Source of the DNA: an uncultured archaeon
Lineage (GTDB): Archaea > Asgardarchaeota > Lokiarchaeia > Sigyniarchaeales > SOKP01
Assembly: GCA_964508365.1 (NCBI GenBank)
Contig: CAZDTP010000016.1
Location: 65 to 64,064 of the forward strand
Reading direction: 5' to 3'
Length of the DNA: 64,000 bases
Shown: piece by piece, positions 21,135-30,073 of the stretch
How positions within the stretch are numbered: position 1 is the stretch's first letter
Layout of the letters: the number at the start of each line of letters is the position of its first letter
Position numbers and translations under genes: made by a program
Notes under the pieces: model-generated
Told to the model about the DNA's origin: nothing
Seen by the model: only the letters and a program-made list of their open reading frames with translations
The model's database searches: none

Positions 21135-21874
21135 TAGAAGTGGAAAATTTAAATTTTGAGTATAATTCAAATTTTTCTCTTAACGATTTATCGTTAACCA
21201 TAAAAGAAAATTCAATCTATGCTTTAACCGGGAATAACGGGTCTGGTAAAACTACGTTTCTTAGATTATTAGTTGGTTTACTGAAACCTAAATCTGGAAC
21301 TATTAAAATTTTTAACGAAATCTTAACTAGGGATAAAAAACAACTATGGAGACTTAGGCAAAAGATCGGATTTTTATTTCAAAATCCAGACGATCAATTG
21401 TTTGCCCCAACAATAGGAGAAGATGTAGGTTTTGGAGTAAGGAATCTTGGTCTTGAAGAAGCCGAAGTGAATAAAAGAGTTGAATGGGCTCTCAAGGCAG
21501 TTAATTTATCACAATATACTAAAAATTCTCCATATGATTTATCTTGGGGCCAGAAAAAACGAGCTGCTTTAGCAGGATTAATAGTAATGAAGCCTAAACT
21601 ATTAATTTTAGATGAACCCTTCGCGAATCTTGATTTTAAATCAATATATAACCATCTACAGATTTTTAAAACCCTTAAAAAAGAACAAAAAATGACAATT
21701 TTATTTACAACTCATAATCGTTTTTTTATCGAAAATTGGGCAGATAAAATGCTTGTACTAAATGATGGTAAGGTATTATTTGAAGGCATTCCTAAGGATG
21801 GATTAAATCTTCCCAAAATCAAGCAATTATTGGGTTCATATGATGATCTCTTAACTCTAATTAACCAAAAATAA
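21122..21874 (+). CDS. cbiO: ECF transporter ATPase (probable ATT start at 21122; track start GTG 21140)
   Basis: GNNGSGKTT, FQNPDDQLFAPT, LSWGQKKR and LILDEP motifs; reading frame extends upstream as I-I-C-L-I-E-V-E-N-L behind GGGGGT. Confidence 0.9.
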   Translation: MICLIEVENLNFEYNSNFSLNDLSLTIKENSIYALTGNNGSGKTTFLRLLVGLLKPKSGTIKIFNEILTRDKKQLWRLRQKIGFLFQNPDDQLFAPTIGEDVGFGVRNLGLEEAEVNKRVEWALKAVNLSQYTKNSPYDLSWGQKKRAALAGLIVMKPKLLILDEPFANLDFKSIYNHLQIFKTLKKEQKMTILFTTHNRFFIENWADKMLVLNDGKVLFEGIPKDGLNLPKIKQLLGSYDDLLTLINQK

Positions 21875-21944
21875 TTTAATTTTCCACTTAAATTGAATAA
21901 ATTTTTTAACTTGTTTTTTATATTATTACTTGGGAAAATAATGA

Positions 21945-22260
21945 AGGAACACTAGCATATTCGAGGTCGCTTATGATAACCCGTGATTAAGCGTGCAAAG
22001 TTATGCTTACATCCTGAGTTTATTAATCAACAATTTACTGCATCAAAAATGGGCTCTTAATCAAGCTATGGTATTACCGTGCGATGAGATTGGAGTCAGA
22101 CCCAGCATGCAGATATGATTATGCCCCAAAAAGGCATAGAAATTACTGCCTAGCACGAGAGAACTTATTTGATGTTTATGGTATTACCATAAGATGATAA
22201 ATTTGTGTTAGTGTTCTTAGGCAACAATATATGCTGATTAAAACTCTAACCCTTTTTTTT
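21945..22260 (+). ncRNA. Candidate ~300-nt structured non-coding RNA of unknown class
   Basis: 15-bp end-to-end helix 21945-21959/22204-22218 (three G-U pairs on the + strand), internal hairpins, TTTATA at 21917 and a T-tract at 22253-22260; no ORF of 60 aa or more. Confidence 0.6.
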
Positions 22261-22276
22261 AAAAGATGATAGCGAT

Positions 22277-22753
22277 CTATAAAAGACTTATCGAATCAGA
22301 ATTAAAAAGTTCTTTTAATTCTTTATTCATTTCTCCTTGATCTTCTTGTAGATATCTATCCAACACAGAAGAAATCTTTTTTGAGTACTTGTTCATAATA
22401 GCTCTAACGAGCCCTATTTGAATATTTTTATCGGTTGCAATACATAAGATACCCTTCCCAACCTTTAGTGAAAAGATCATACCTTTAGAATATTCAGTTA
22501 TTTGTAAATGTATATTTCCATACCCTAAGATGTATCCTTGTTCCTGGCCAGCTGTAAATACAGCTCCTCCAATTGCTCCTATTTTTTCAACAGAAACATC
22601 TTCTTCGTTAGGAGACTTCAAAATGAATTTTGATTCGCTCATTATAGTAATTCCTGTATCATCTATGACTATAGCGTATTTTAAACCTGGCGTACTATTA
22701 ATAATTTCCTTAAGTATTTTCTTTAAAATGCGTTCATCATTAGAATAACTCAA
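22277..22753 (-). CDS. Roadblock/LC7 (MglB/LAMTOR-like) protein
   Basis: alpha-beta-beta-alpha-beta3-alpha pattern (PGLKYAIVIDDTGITI...IGAIGG...QITEYSKG...IGLVR); SD GGTG 7 nt before TTG. Confidence 0.88.
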   Translation of the reverse strand: MSYSNDERILKKILKEIINSTPGLKYAIVIDDTGITIMSESKFILKSPNEEDVSVEKIGAIGGAVFTAGQEQGYILGYGNIHLQITEYSKGMIFSLKVGKGILCIATDKNIQIGLVRAIMNKYSKKISSVLDRYLQEDQGEMNKELKELFNSDSISLL

Positions 22754-22917
22754 TTGAATACACCTTCTTTTTGAGCAATTATCCTTATTTTAGAGTGGGT
22801 TTTATTATTTTAAAAAGAATTTATTTAAAGTAAACTCTACTCAATCTCTTTAATATAAAAAAAAGTTAATCTATAAAAACTTAATTCACTCTAAATATTA
22901 ATGTGTTTTACGGAGAA

Positions 22918-23274
22918 TTAGAACAATTCTTGTGCTCGGATTAATGTTTTTAATGGTTTAACTCCATTTTTGTTGTATTTCGATTTTTCGAGTAAAATAA
23001 ATAATTTATACTTTTTCTCTTTATCTATATCGAACTTTAATTGGATCAGATTTGGATCATCTATTATTTCTTTATTCTTTTTATTCTTCGAGATTGCCCA
23101 CAATGCTAATTTGTTTTCATGAATCCAGAGTCGTTTTGAGATATCTGAGCCTATTGTGAATCCATTTTTATCAGTGATAACGCCCGCAACAAAGTTAGGA
23201 AAGTTCTTTTTAATCCTATGTAAAAAATAATTGACCTCAATTTGATTAATTAACCTAATATTTTCCTGTTTCAT
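22918..23274 (-). CDS. Divergent Roadblock/longin-like protein (probable start ATG 23274)
   Basis: LHRIKKNFPNFVAGVITDKNGFTIGS resembles the Roadblock N-terminal half; lies next to a clear Roadblock gene. Confidence 0.55.
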   Translation of the reverse strand: MKQENIRLINQIEVNYFLHRIKKNFPNFVAGVITDKNGFTIGSDISKRLWIHENKLALWAISKNKKNKEIIDDPNLIQLKFDIDKEKKYKLFILLEKSKYNKNGVKPLKTLIRAQELF

Positions 23275-23439
23275 AACAAGTGACCTATCAAAATCAACTG
23301 ATTTATAAATAAAAATTGAAATAAAAAAGTCTTTAATGAGTGTGATATCGTGATAATATTCAATTTCAAATAAATACAATCAACAAAGAAAAATCGGATT
23401 TAGTCTAAAAGAATAAGGTTCTGCTTGTTATCAATAATT

Positions 23440-24411
23440 TTATGATTCTTTTCCTTTAATTCCCAAATCTAGATTTTCTACTAACTCGTTAAATCTATTC
23501 CTAACCGTCACTTCTGTGACTTGAGATGTCTTAGCTATCGCGCGTTGAGTCCTCCGCTCTTTAGCTAATATACTCGCGGCATAAATAGCTGCGGCACACA
23601 CTCCAGTTGGGCCACGTCCAGAGGTAAGTCCTCTTAATTCAGCCATTTTGATTACCTTCTTTGCTAACTTCTGGCACTCAGTGGACAATTCAAGTTCTGA
23701 AACAAAGCGAGTTAGAAAATCTAAGGGTTTAGTTGGGTTTAAATTAAGTTCTAACTCTTTTGAGATAAACCTGTATGATCGCCCTATCTCTTTTTTATTT
23801 ACTCGAGCAACTTCAGCAATTTCGTTTAAAGTACGTGGAACTTTATACATTCTGCAAGCAGCATATAAACTTGCAGCTGCAACACCTTCGATACTTCTTC
23901 CCCGAATAAGGTGAGCTTCAACAGCATCTCTATATATTTTAGCCGAACACTCGCGTAGATTTTTCTGAAGATCGAGATTTGATGCCATTCTATCCAATTC
24001 ACTTAATGCAAAGGTTAAGTTTCTTTCGGTAGCATCTGAGACTCTAATTCTACTCTGCCACTTTCTCAAACGATATATCTGTCCTCTGGTTTTTGCAGAG
24101 ATTTCTTTACCAAAGATGTCTCTATTCTTCCAATCAATCATAGTGCTCAAGCCCTTATCATGGATCATCAATGTCATAGGTGCTCCCGTTCTTGTTCTTT
24201 TCTTTTTTTGATCTGAATCAAAAGCACGCCATTCTGGACCCTGATCTATGTGCTTTTCAGAGTGAACTAGTCCACATTTTTCACATACTAATAAACCTCT
24301 ATTTTCATCAAATAAAATATTCTCACCGCATTCACTGCAATTATTATGATTTCGCATCGTATTTTCTTCTACGAATGCATCGCTTTGATTCCAACTTGAA
24401 ATAAATAACAC
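23440..24411 (-). CDS. tfb: Transcription initiation factor IIB (start uncertain)
   Basis: Zn ribbon CSECG...CEKCG, GPEWRAF, RTGAP...HDKGLST, two cyclin repeats, GRGP. Confidence 0.97.
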   Translation of the reverse strand: MLFISSWNQSDAFVEENTMRNHNNCSECGENILFDENRGLLVCEKCGLVHSEKHIDQGPEWRAFDSDQKKKRTRTGAPMTLMIHDKGLSTMIDWKNRDIFGKEISAKTRGQIYRLRKWQSRIRVSDATERNLTFALSELDRMASNLDLQKNLRECSAKIYRDAVEAHLIRGRSIEGVAAASLYAACRMYKVPRTLNEIAEVARVNKKEIGRSYRFISKELELNLNPTKPLDFLTRFVSELELSTECQKLAKKVIKMAELRGLTSGRGPTGVCAAAIYAASILAKERRTQRAIAKTSQVTEVTVRNRFNELVENLDLGIKGKES

Positions 24412-24450
24412 CTTTTTAATATCCTTTTTTTATTGAAAGTTAGAGATGGA

Positions 24451-24699
24451 TTATCTCATTTTCGCATAAAAATTGTCATTTGGATTAAATTCCTTCTTTG
24501 GAGAAATTTTCATCGAAATGAATGGTAAATTTACTGGACCAAATATCTCTCTAATAGAACCTATCTCGTCAAATTCTTCAGTAAAAACGGATTTATTAGT
24601 TATCTTTTCTAAACTCGTGTTCCATTTTCTTGCTCTAAAAATCTGATGCTTTTTAGATTCTCCGAGATAATTCAGGTTTAACTTGATATACTTCTGCAA
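24451..24699 (-). CDS. gar1: H/ACA RNP protein Gar1
   Basis: IGSIREIFGPVNLPFI motif and conserved gar1-tfb order. Confidence 0.85.
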   Translation of the reverse strand: MQKYIKLNLNYLGESKKHQIFRARKWNTSLEKITNKSVFTEEFDEIGSIREIFGPVNLPFISMKISPKKEFNPNDNFYAKMR

Positions 24700-24952
24700 A
24701 CAAGAACCCTAATATTATTTAAAATATAGAATAGTGAATTGGTGGTTAATATTTAAATATACCTATTGTTTAAAAAGGAATATTTTAATGACTTTTTTAG
24801 CAATAGTCAGCAGTTTTATGTCTATCATTATCAATAAAAATGATAAAAAAATTCTTGGTGATATTACGGGAAATGGAATTGAAATCATAAATCAATCAAA
24901 ATCTAGTATAGCAAATTATTTTTAATTCTAAAATGATATCCGATTTTAAAAC

Positions 24953-26056
24953 CTAAATATAGCGTTTTTGAAGGTGATATTTCATAAGACAATCGCAAGA
25001 ATAGCTCTTATCACTTCTTATTAAATGGTTAATGTCCTGAGTCAAAACGAAATTTTTTAAAGATTTTATCATAAATTCATTACATTCTCGTTTTAAACAA
25101 TTGTGAATGCCTCTCTTAGTGCCAGCGCCCGAAGGAGAAGATATTATCCTCACGGAGTTTAATATATTGTTATCTTTACATGCTTTTATTATACATTTAA
25201 ACAGAGAATAGAACCAAGGGGGCCGATATCTATTTTGATAAAATAAGTATTCTACAAGGGAATTTTTCTGAATATTTAGAGGATTAATCGAAATAGTATT
25301 AATCTTTAATTCTACCAATTTTAGGATTGAATTAACGCAATCTTCTATTGCAGTTTGCTCATTTAGAAATGGAGGTTTAAATAATAAATAAGTTCTTATA
25401 CCTACATTGTTCTTTTTACATAAATGAATTGCATCCAGAAAATCTTTAAATTTCAACCCCTTATTTATGTATTTGTTTCTAATGTAATCATTTACGGTTT
25501 CCAAACCAATGGCAACCTCAATATATTTGTCCTTTAAAAAGGTCTTCATTTTTTTGAGCTTCTCATCAGTTATATAATCAACTCGAGATTCTATAACAAC
25601 TTCTTTAATTTTAGTGATATCTGCTATTTTCTTGAATATATGTTCTCGAACTTCTTCAGATATTTCGTTATCGTCGAAAAAGCTTCCAGAATTATAAATT
25701 TTAACGATAAAATCCTCCTTATCTGAAGTAATATCATTTATTTTTTCTTGAAGGGCATAATTAAATTGGTTAATTAAATGAATTTGATCTATATTTTCAA
25801 TGGTAGAATCTTGTATATATCCACACATTGAACATCCCCCAAAATCTCCCAATGCCCAACTACACCCCTTTGTTCTTAATATTATCGTGAATTCCTTCCC
25901 TTTCTTTTTAAGTAATCGATCTTCTTTTATCCAGAAGCTTACTGGCTTATCTAATTGCATTTCTTCGAATTTAAATTTTCTTTTAATTGCATTAAATCTA
26001 AAATCTTTGATTTTTTCAACGAGTAATGAATTTTCGTTAAATTTTTTCGTAGACAT
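24953..26056 (-). CDS. Archaeosine biosynthesis radical SAM protein RaSEA
   Basis: ILRTKGCSW...GGCSMCGY, YNSGSFFD, ESR, KPPFL, RPPW and GTKRGIHNC motifs; overlaps arcS. Confidence 0.9.
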   Translation of the reverse strand: MSTKKFNENSLLVEKIKDFRFNAIKRKFKFEEMQLDKPVSFWIKEDRLLKKKGKEFTIILRTKGCSWALGDFGGCSMCGYIQDSTIENIDQIHLINQFNYALQEKINDITSDKEDFIVKIYNSGSFFDDNEISEEVREHIFKKIADITKIKEVVIESRVDYITDEKLKKMKTFLKDKYIEVAIGLETVNDYIRNKYINKGLKFKDFLDAIHLCKKNNVGIRTYLLFKPPFLNEQTAIEDCVNSILKLVELKINTISINPLNIQKNSLVEYLFYQNRYRPPWFYSLFKCIIKACKDNNILNSVRIISSPSGAGTKRGIHNCLKRECNEFMIKSLKNFVLTQDINHLIRSDKSYSCDCLMKYHLQKRYI

Positions 26057-28124
26057 TTACAATTTTACCTGTTTTTGAATTTTTAATATAGTTTGAGCCA
26101 ACTATCAGGCTTCCTAATCCGATAAACTTCTCTTGATTTTTCTCGAAAATAAATGTTAAGTCTTTGGGTACGAGATTTGGACTAAAATCAATAATTCCTG
26201 GACGAAATAAAGTGTTACCATTAATTTTTTGACCATCAAATACGATAACATTAGTTTGCTCTTTTAGGGGTAGTAATCTATTCGCTCCATTAAGATTCAA
26301 TTCAATTTGACCAGAATTAAAATTGAATTTTCCTAGATTCTCACGAGTTATTAAGTCATTTATTTCTATCTGATTACTCCTTTTGTTTCTCCATGTTCGA
26401 ATCCCATTATAATATATTTTTTTTCCTACATTTAGACCAAATTGATAATCGATTATTTTAAAAAACTTGCGTGTCCAAGTTTTTAAGAAATTTTTGTTTT
26501 CAGGTATGACATTTCCTAATACTAATGAGTCTTTTAGAGATTTAATGTTACTCTCCAAAGACATTAAAGATTCATTAGTTGTAAGATTACCTTTAACATC
26601 TGTAAAGTAAAATTTATTCTTCAATTTTAGACGAGCTTTTTCAATAATTTTAAAGTATCCTGAGTCTTTTAGGTGGCATAATACAGGAATTCCCTCGTTA
26701 TATTTTTCCAATAAAGAGATAAGCATATTTGCAGCAATTTCTATTTCTTCGTTATCCCAATCTCCTGTTACAGAAATATCGTACGAATTTACGGGATATA
26801 TATTTTCTAATTGCCTTGGAATAGCGCCTAATGGCGATGTTAATATAATTTCTTGGAAATCAGGAAAATCAGGAAATTTCCTTATAATACTCTGAAATTT
26901 TCTATGAGATTTCGACTCAGAGTAAGGTTTTTTCGCCGAGCAAGGGATTAATATTATCAATTTAGTCCAGGATTCTGGTGTAAAATTTTTTATCAATCTC
27001 TCCCGAAATTCTTGAAAATCTGGTCTATTATATGAAGATGGACCATAACATTTAACAGTTTTACCTACCTGAGTAATTGGAGTTTCAAATCTCAATACAT
27101 CAAAGTATTGTTTATCGAGCAATTTTAAGGAAGAGATTATATTCATATCGTCATATGAGGTTTTTTCGATAAAGCCCCTAAAATCTTCCATTCTCATGTA
27201 TAATTTGATTTTATTCATATAAGTGTATGCTGAGATAATATTATGAAGAGTTAGTTGTTCTGTTTTTTCAGCAGAATATTTGTTAGCTAGATTATATTTT
27301 AAATTCCTCTTACAAATAGTACATGGGCACGGAAAATATTTAATCTTATAAATTGGAAGTAAATATTCTATTGTATCATAGAAGTTTTCAGCAGATAAAT
27401 ATAATAAATAAGAACAATCAATTAAGTCGATCCCTAAATAGATTAAAATCGGATAAAATTTCGGAATAATTCTACCGGAAACCATCAATACTAAATTATT
27501 ATCGAGCTCTTGTTTGATTTTAAATATAACTTTTAAAATATTCCTGAAATTACTAAAATTGTCAAAAAGATCTACTAAATTTAATATTCTTACATTTTCA
27601 TTATTCTTAATTAAAGGAATGTATCGATCAAATAATTCATAGTAATCATAAATTTTAACAGATAATCCAAAATCTAAATTGCTATATTGTTCTAAGATCT
27701 GATTAGATCCTTGTATAAAAGTGTTAATTTCCTCTTCAGCAAATTCTTTATCTATAACTGTTGTTGGAATATTGAATGGAATGGAAGGGATAATGTTGTC
27801 TTCTATAAAAATGTCAATATTAGATGCTAATATTTTCTTAAAAGACTCCATTGAACCATTATGCGTATAAATAAAACCAGTCTTTTTAAATTTTTCTCGT
27901 AAGAATCCAATTCTAAGATAGAAATCTTTTAAAATTGAAAAAATCTCATGATCTTCAAATTCCTCAAGAAAGTTTAAATCGTTCATTAAACTTTTTTTCA
28001 TTGGAATAATTATATTTGGGGTTGAAATAAACCTTTTAGATTCTTTCGAACAGACTATTCTCCCTACTCTTGAAAACCCTACACTTTTTGTAATTAATTC
28101 AAAAAAATAACTCATATTTTCCAA
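26037..28124 (-). CDS. arcS: Archaeosine synthase subunit alpha (TGT-like + PCSxxKPY + PUA domains)
   Basis: Degenerate TGT N-terminus with CPCxxC...HN, PCSAKKPYSxSKSH, TSPLG.IPR.LE, YDIxVTGxW and a C-terminal PUA domain. Confidence 0.9.
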   Translation of the reverse strand: MENMSYFFELITKSVGFSRVGRIVCSKESKRFISTPNIIIPMKKSLMNDLNFLEEFEDHEIFSILKDFYLRIGFLREKFKKTGFIYTHNGSMESFKKILASNIDIFIEDNIIPSIPFNIPTTVIDKEFAEEEINTFIQGSNQILEQYSNLDFGLSVKIYDYYELFDRYIPLIKNNENVRILNLVDLFDNFSNFRNILKVIFKIKQELDNNLVLMVSGRIIPKFYPILIYLGIDLIDCSYLLYLSAENFYDTIEYLLPIYKIKYFPCPCTICKRNLKYNLANKYSAEKTEQLTLHNIISAYTYMNKIKLYMRMEDFRGFIEKTSYDDMNIISSLKLLDKQYFDVLRFETPITQVGKTVKCYGPSSYNRPDFQEFRERLIKNFTPESWTKLIILIPCSAKKPYSESKSHRKFQSIIRKFPDFPDFQEIILTSPLGAIPRQLENIYPVNSYDISVTGDWDNEEIEIAANMLISLLEKYNEGIPVLCHLKDSGYFKIIEKARLKLKNKFYFTDVKGNLTTNESLMSLESNIKSLKDSLVLGNVIPENKNFLKTWTRKFFKIIDYQFGLNVGKKIYYNGIRTWRNKRSNQIEINDLITRENLGKFNFNSGQIELNLNGANRLLPLKEQTNVIVFDGQKINGNTLFRPGIIDFSPNLVPKDLTFIFEKNQEKFIGLGSLIVGSNYIKNSKTGKIVNVYEKI

Positions 28125-28239
28125 TTAAAGATATTATTCTTAGGTAATTAACTTATTTTATTTCGCCTTTTTAAGACCAATCATAGTTCCACCTTTGCTC
28201 AAAGTACACTAAAAATTCTAAATTAAATAACTAGCTTTG

Positions 28240-28827
28240 CTATGGTTCAATTTTATATTCACCTCGTTTATACATTTCAAAAAGGATTTTAGCTTCATGA
28301 ATTGCATCATCAGCTGCTCTATGTTTCTCTATATAATCTGTGTTGGGAAAAAAATTATCCCAAGCTTCTTGCATCTTTGGATTTTTGTAACCTCCTCTTG
28401 AATGCATAATTTTACATGCCTCTTTCGCTACTGCCATAATATCTGGGATATCCTTTTTTATAGCAAAACCTCTCGATTCCAAAAATCCAAAATCGAACGA
28501 ATTGTTATATGCAGTCAATGAATAATGATCTAGAATTTCTTGGATTTGATTTTTTAGAATGTTTAAACTAGGTGCGTCTTCAATCTCTTCAAATTTCAAA
28601 TCAGAATTATTGAAAATCCACGCATTCTTATGTTCTTCCCCAAATTCAGGCTCCTTTACAAATGAATCGAAAAGAATCTGAGTTTCACCGGTTATTAAAC
28701 TTAATTCGACAATTCCAATTTCTAGAATTAAACCATTCTCAGGTTTTAAATCCGTAGTCTCGATATCAATGATAGCAATTTTATCATAATTGAACTTTTT
28801 GACAAAATCTACAATATCTCGAAATAT
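28240..28827 (-). CDS. DEDDh 3'-5' exonuclease (extends upstream of the track ORF; start non-canonical or frameshifted)
   Basis: In-frame upstream sequence encodes ExoI IAIIDIETT...ILEIGIV; ExoII AYNNSFD; ExoIII HRAADDA. No in-frame ATG/GTG/TTG before ExoI. Confidence 0.85.
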   Translation of the reverse strand: MFRDIVDFVKKFNYDKIAIIDIETTDLKPENGLILEIGIVELSLITGETQILFDSFVKEPEFGEEHKNAWIFNNSDLKFEEIEDAPSLNILKNQIQEILDHYSLTAYNNSFDFGFLESRGFAIKKDIPDIMAVAKEACKIMHSRGGYKNPKMQEAWDNFFPNTDYIEKHRAADDAIHEAKILFEMYKRGEYKIEP

Positions 28828-28953
28828 GTGAAACTCCCCACAAGGATACGATTTTGTTTAATTTAATCTATATATTAATGATATTAGTCTTAATAAGAAA
28901 AAGGTAATTGAAATGAAATATAAATTATAAGAGAGTGATTAATACAAGTTATT

Positions 28954-29940
28954 CTAATAAATAATAAAATTAGTATATGTTTTCAGTTCATCTAGAACAA
29001 AACTAGTAAAAGTATCTTCAATTTCATCGGATTGGTATAAATTTTTTATGAATTCTGCGTAATCTTCGACCTTTTTAACGCGAACTATCGCAAATAAACC
29101 ATGTTGTTCCCCTATCCTGAAAAGATCGGTTATAAAGCTATTTTTTTCTAAATTTAAGGCAATTCCATTATATTTTGAAGGATCTTTAGGTTTTATTCTT
29201 ACGAGATATTTTCCTCTAAATCCAATCTTTTTCGGACAAAAGTTAAGAGCATAGTTCAAGATGACATTATTTTTTTCGAGCTTTTTAATTCTGTTATGAA
29301 TTGTAGATTGAGAGATTTCTTGTCTGTTTAATTCGCTTAAAAAATCTTGGTGCTTTTCGTTAATTAAATCTTTAATCTCGTAAGTCGAGATTGGTTTTAA
29401 ATTCTGGTTTTCCTGCAATATTTTTAAAATTACATAATCAATATTATCAATTTCGAACTCCAGATCAATAATGTTGCTATCTAATTCAATCCCATTAGTC
29501 TTGAACACTTTAATTGTTTCGATTATATGATACTTCTTAAAGTATGATTGAGCCATTATTGTGTCTATTATACTTAAAACGTGGTAATACTCCTCAGGTG
29601 AATGGAATATGAGTAAAGCAAATAGAGAATATTCTCCTAAAATTCCGTCAAGAATTTTTAATTGAGAAATTTTTAACAAATTTTCTAAGAGTTGAGGTTC
29701 ATTGGGATTAGTTTTAATCTCTAATAATACATACTTTAAGTTAATGGGAAGAACATTCGGATTAATATTGATTGTAAAATTACTAATTATTTTTTCTGTC
29801 TTCAGATCATCAAATCGCTTTTTAAGTGTCTGTCTAGTATAACCTAAAATCTGTGTAAGCTTATTTATAACATATTTAGATTTACTATTGAAACTTTTTA
29901 TAAGATCTCGGTTTTTAAAATCATCTTTAGCTTCAGTCAT
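28954..29940 (-). CDS. Tandem (double) Lrp/AsnC-family transcriptional regulator
   Basis: Two HTH-linker-RAM units (LKKRFDDLKTEKII...; STIHNRIKKLEKNNVI...); divergent from ahcY. Confidence 0.85.
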   Translation of the reverse strand: MTEAKDDFKNRDLIKSFNSKSKYVINKLTQILGYTRQTLKKRFDDLKTEKIISNFTININPNVLPINLKYVLLEIKTNPNEPQLLENLLKISQLKILDGILGEYSLFALLIFHSPEEYYHVLSIIDTIMAQSYFKKYHIIETIKVFKTNGIELDSNIIDLEFEIDNIDYVILKILQENQNLKPISTYEIKDLINEKHQDFLSELNRQEISQSTIHNRIKKLEKNNVILNYALNFCPKKIGFRGKYLVRIKPKDPSKYNGIALNLEKNSFITDLFRIGEQHGLFAIVRVKKVEDYAEFIKNLYQSDEIEDTFTSFVLDELKTYTNFIIY

Positions 29941-30073
29941 AAGAATAAAATATAAATTATACTATTTAAATGTTAATATTTTTATAGATTTTCTTATTCT
30001 TTAACCAATAATATATTTAAATTGATGCTTAAATTAATAATTGTATTAACAAAAAATTATAAATTGAGTTATT

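Noticed and set aside
22092-22110. GAGTCAGACC, similar to the B12 box, near the cbi genes
   Set aside because: It is downstream of cbiO rather than in a leader, and the other cobalamin riboswitch motifs are missing.
22109-22150. ATGA...hairpin...GA resembling a eukaryote-like (Lokiarchaeal) SECIS
   Set aside because: The upper helix is only 6-7 bp and I saw no upstream gene with an in-frame UGA; kept only as a K-turn-like element of the ncRNA.
22067-22197. Repeated 21-nt module as a mini CRISPR array
   Set aside because: There are only two good copies 110 nt apart, the intervening sequence is structured, and no cas genes are present.
22246-22253. CTAACCCT, resembling a telomerase RNA template, at the 3' end of the candidate ncRNA
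   Set aside because: The 8-mer is expected about once by chance in a window this size and also occurs at 3506. It lies outside the closing helix, and no reverse transcriptase is present.
24734-24925. 63-aa + strand ORF between gar1 and RaSEA
   Set aside because: Low-complexity AT-rich ORF over the gar1 promoter region with no motif.
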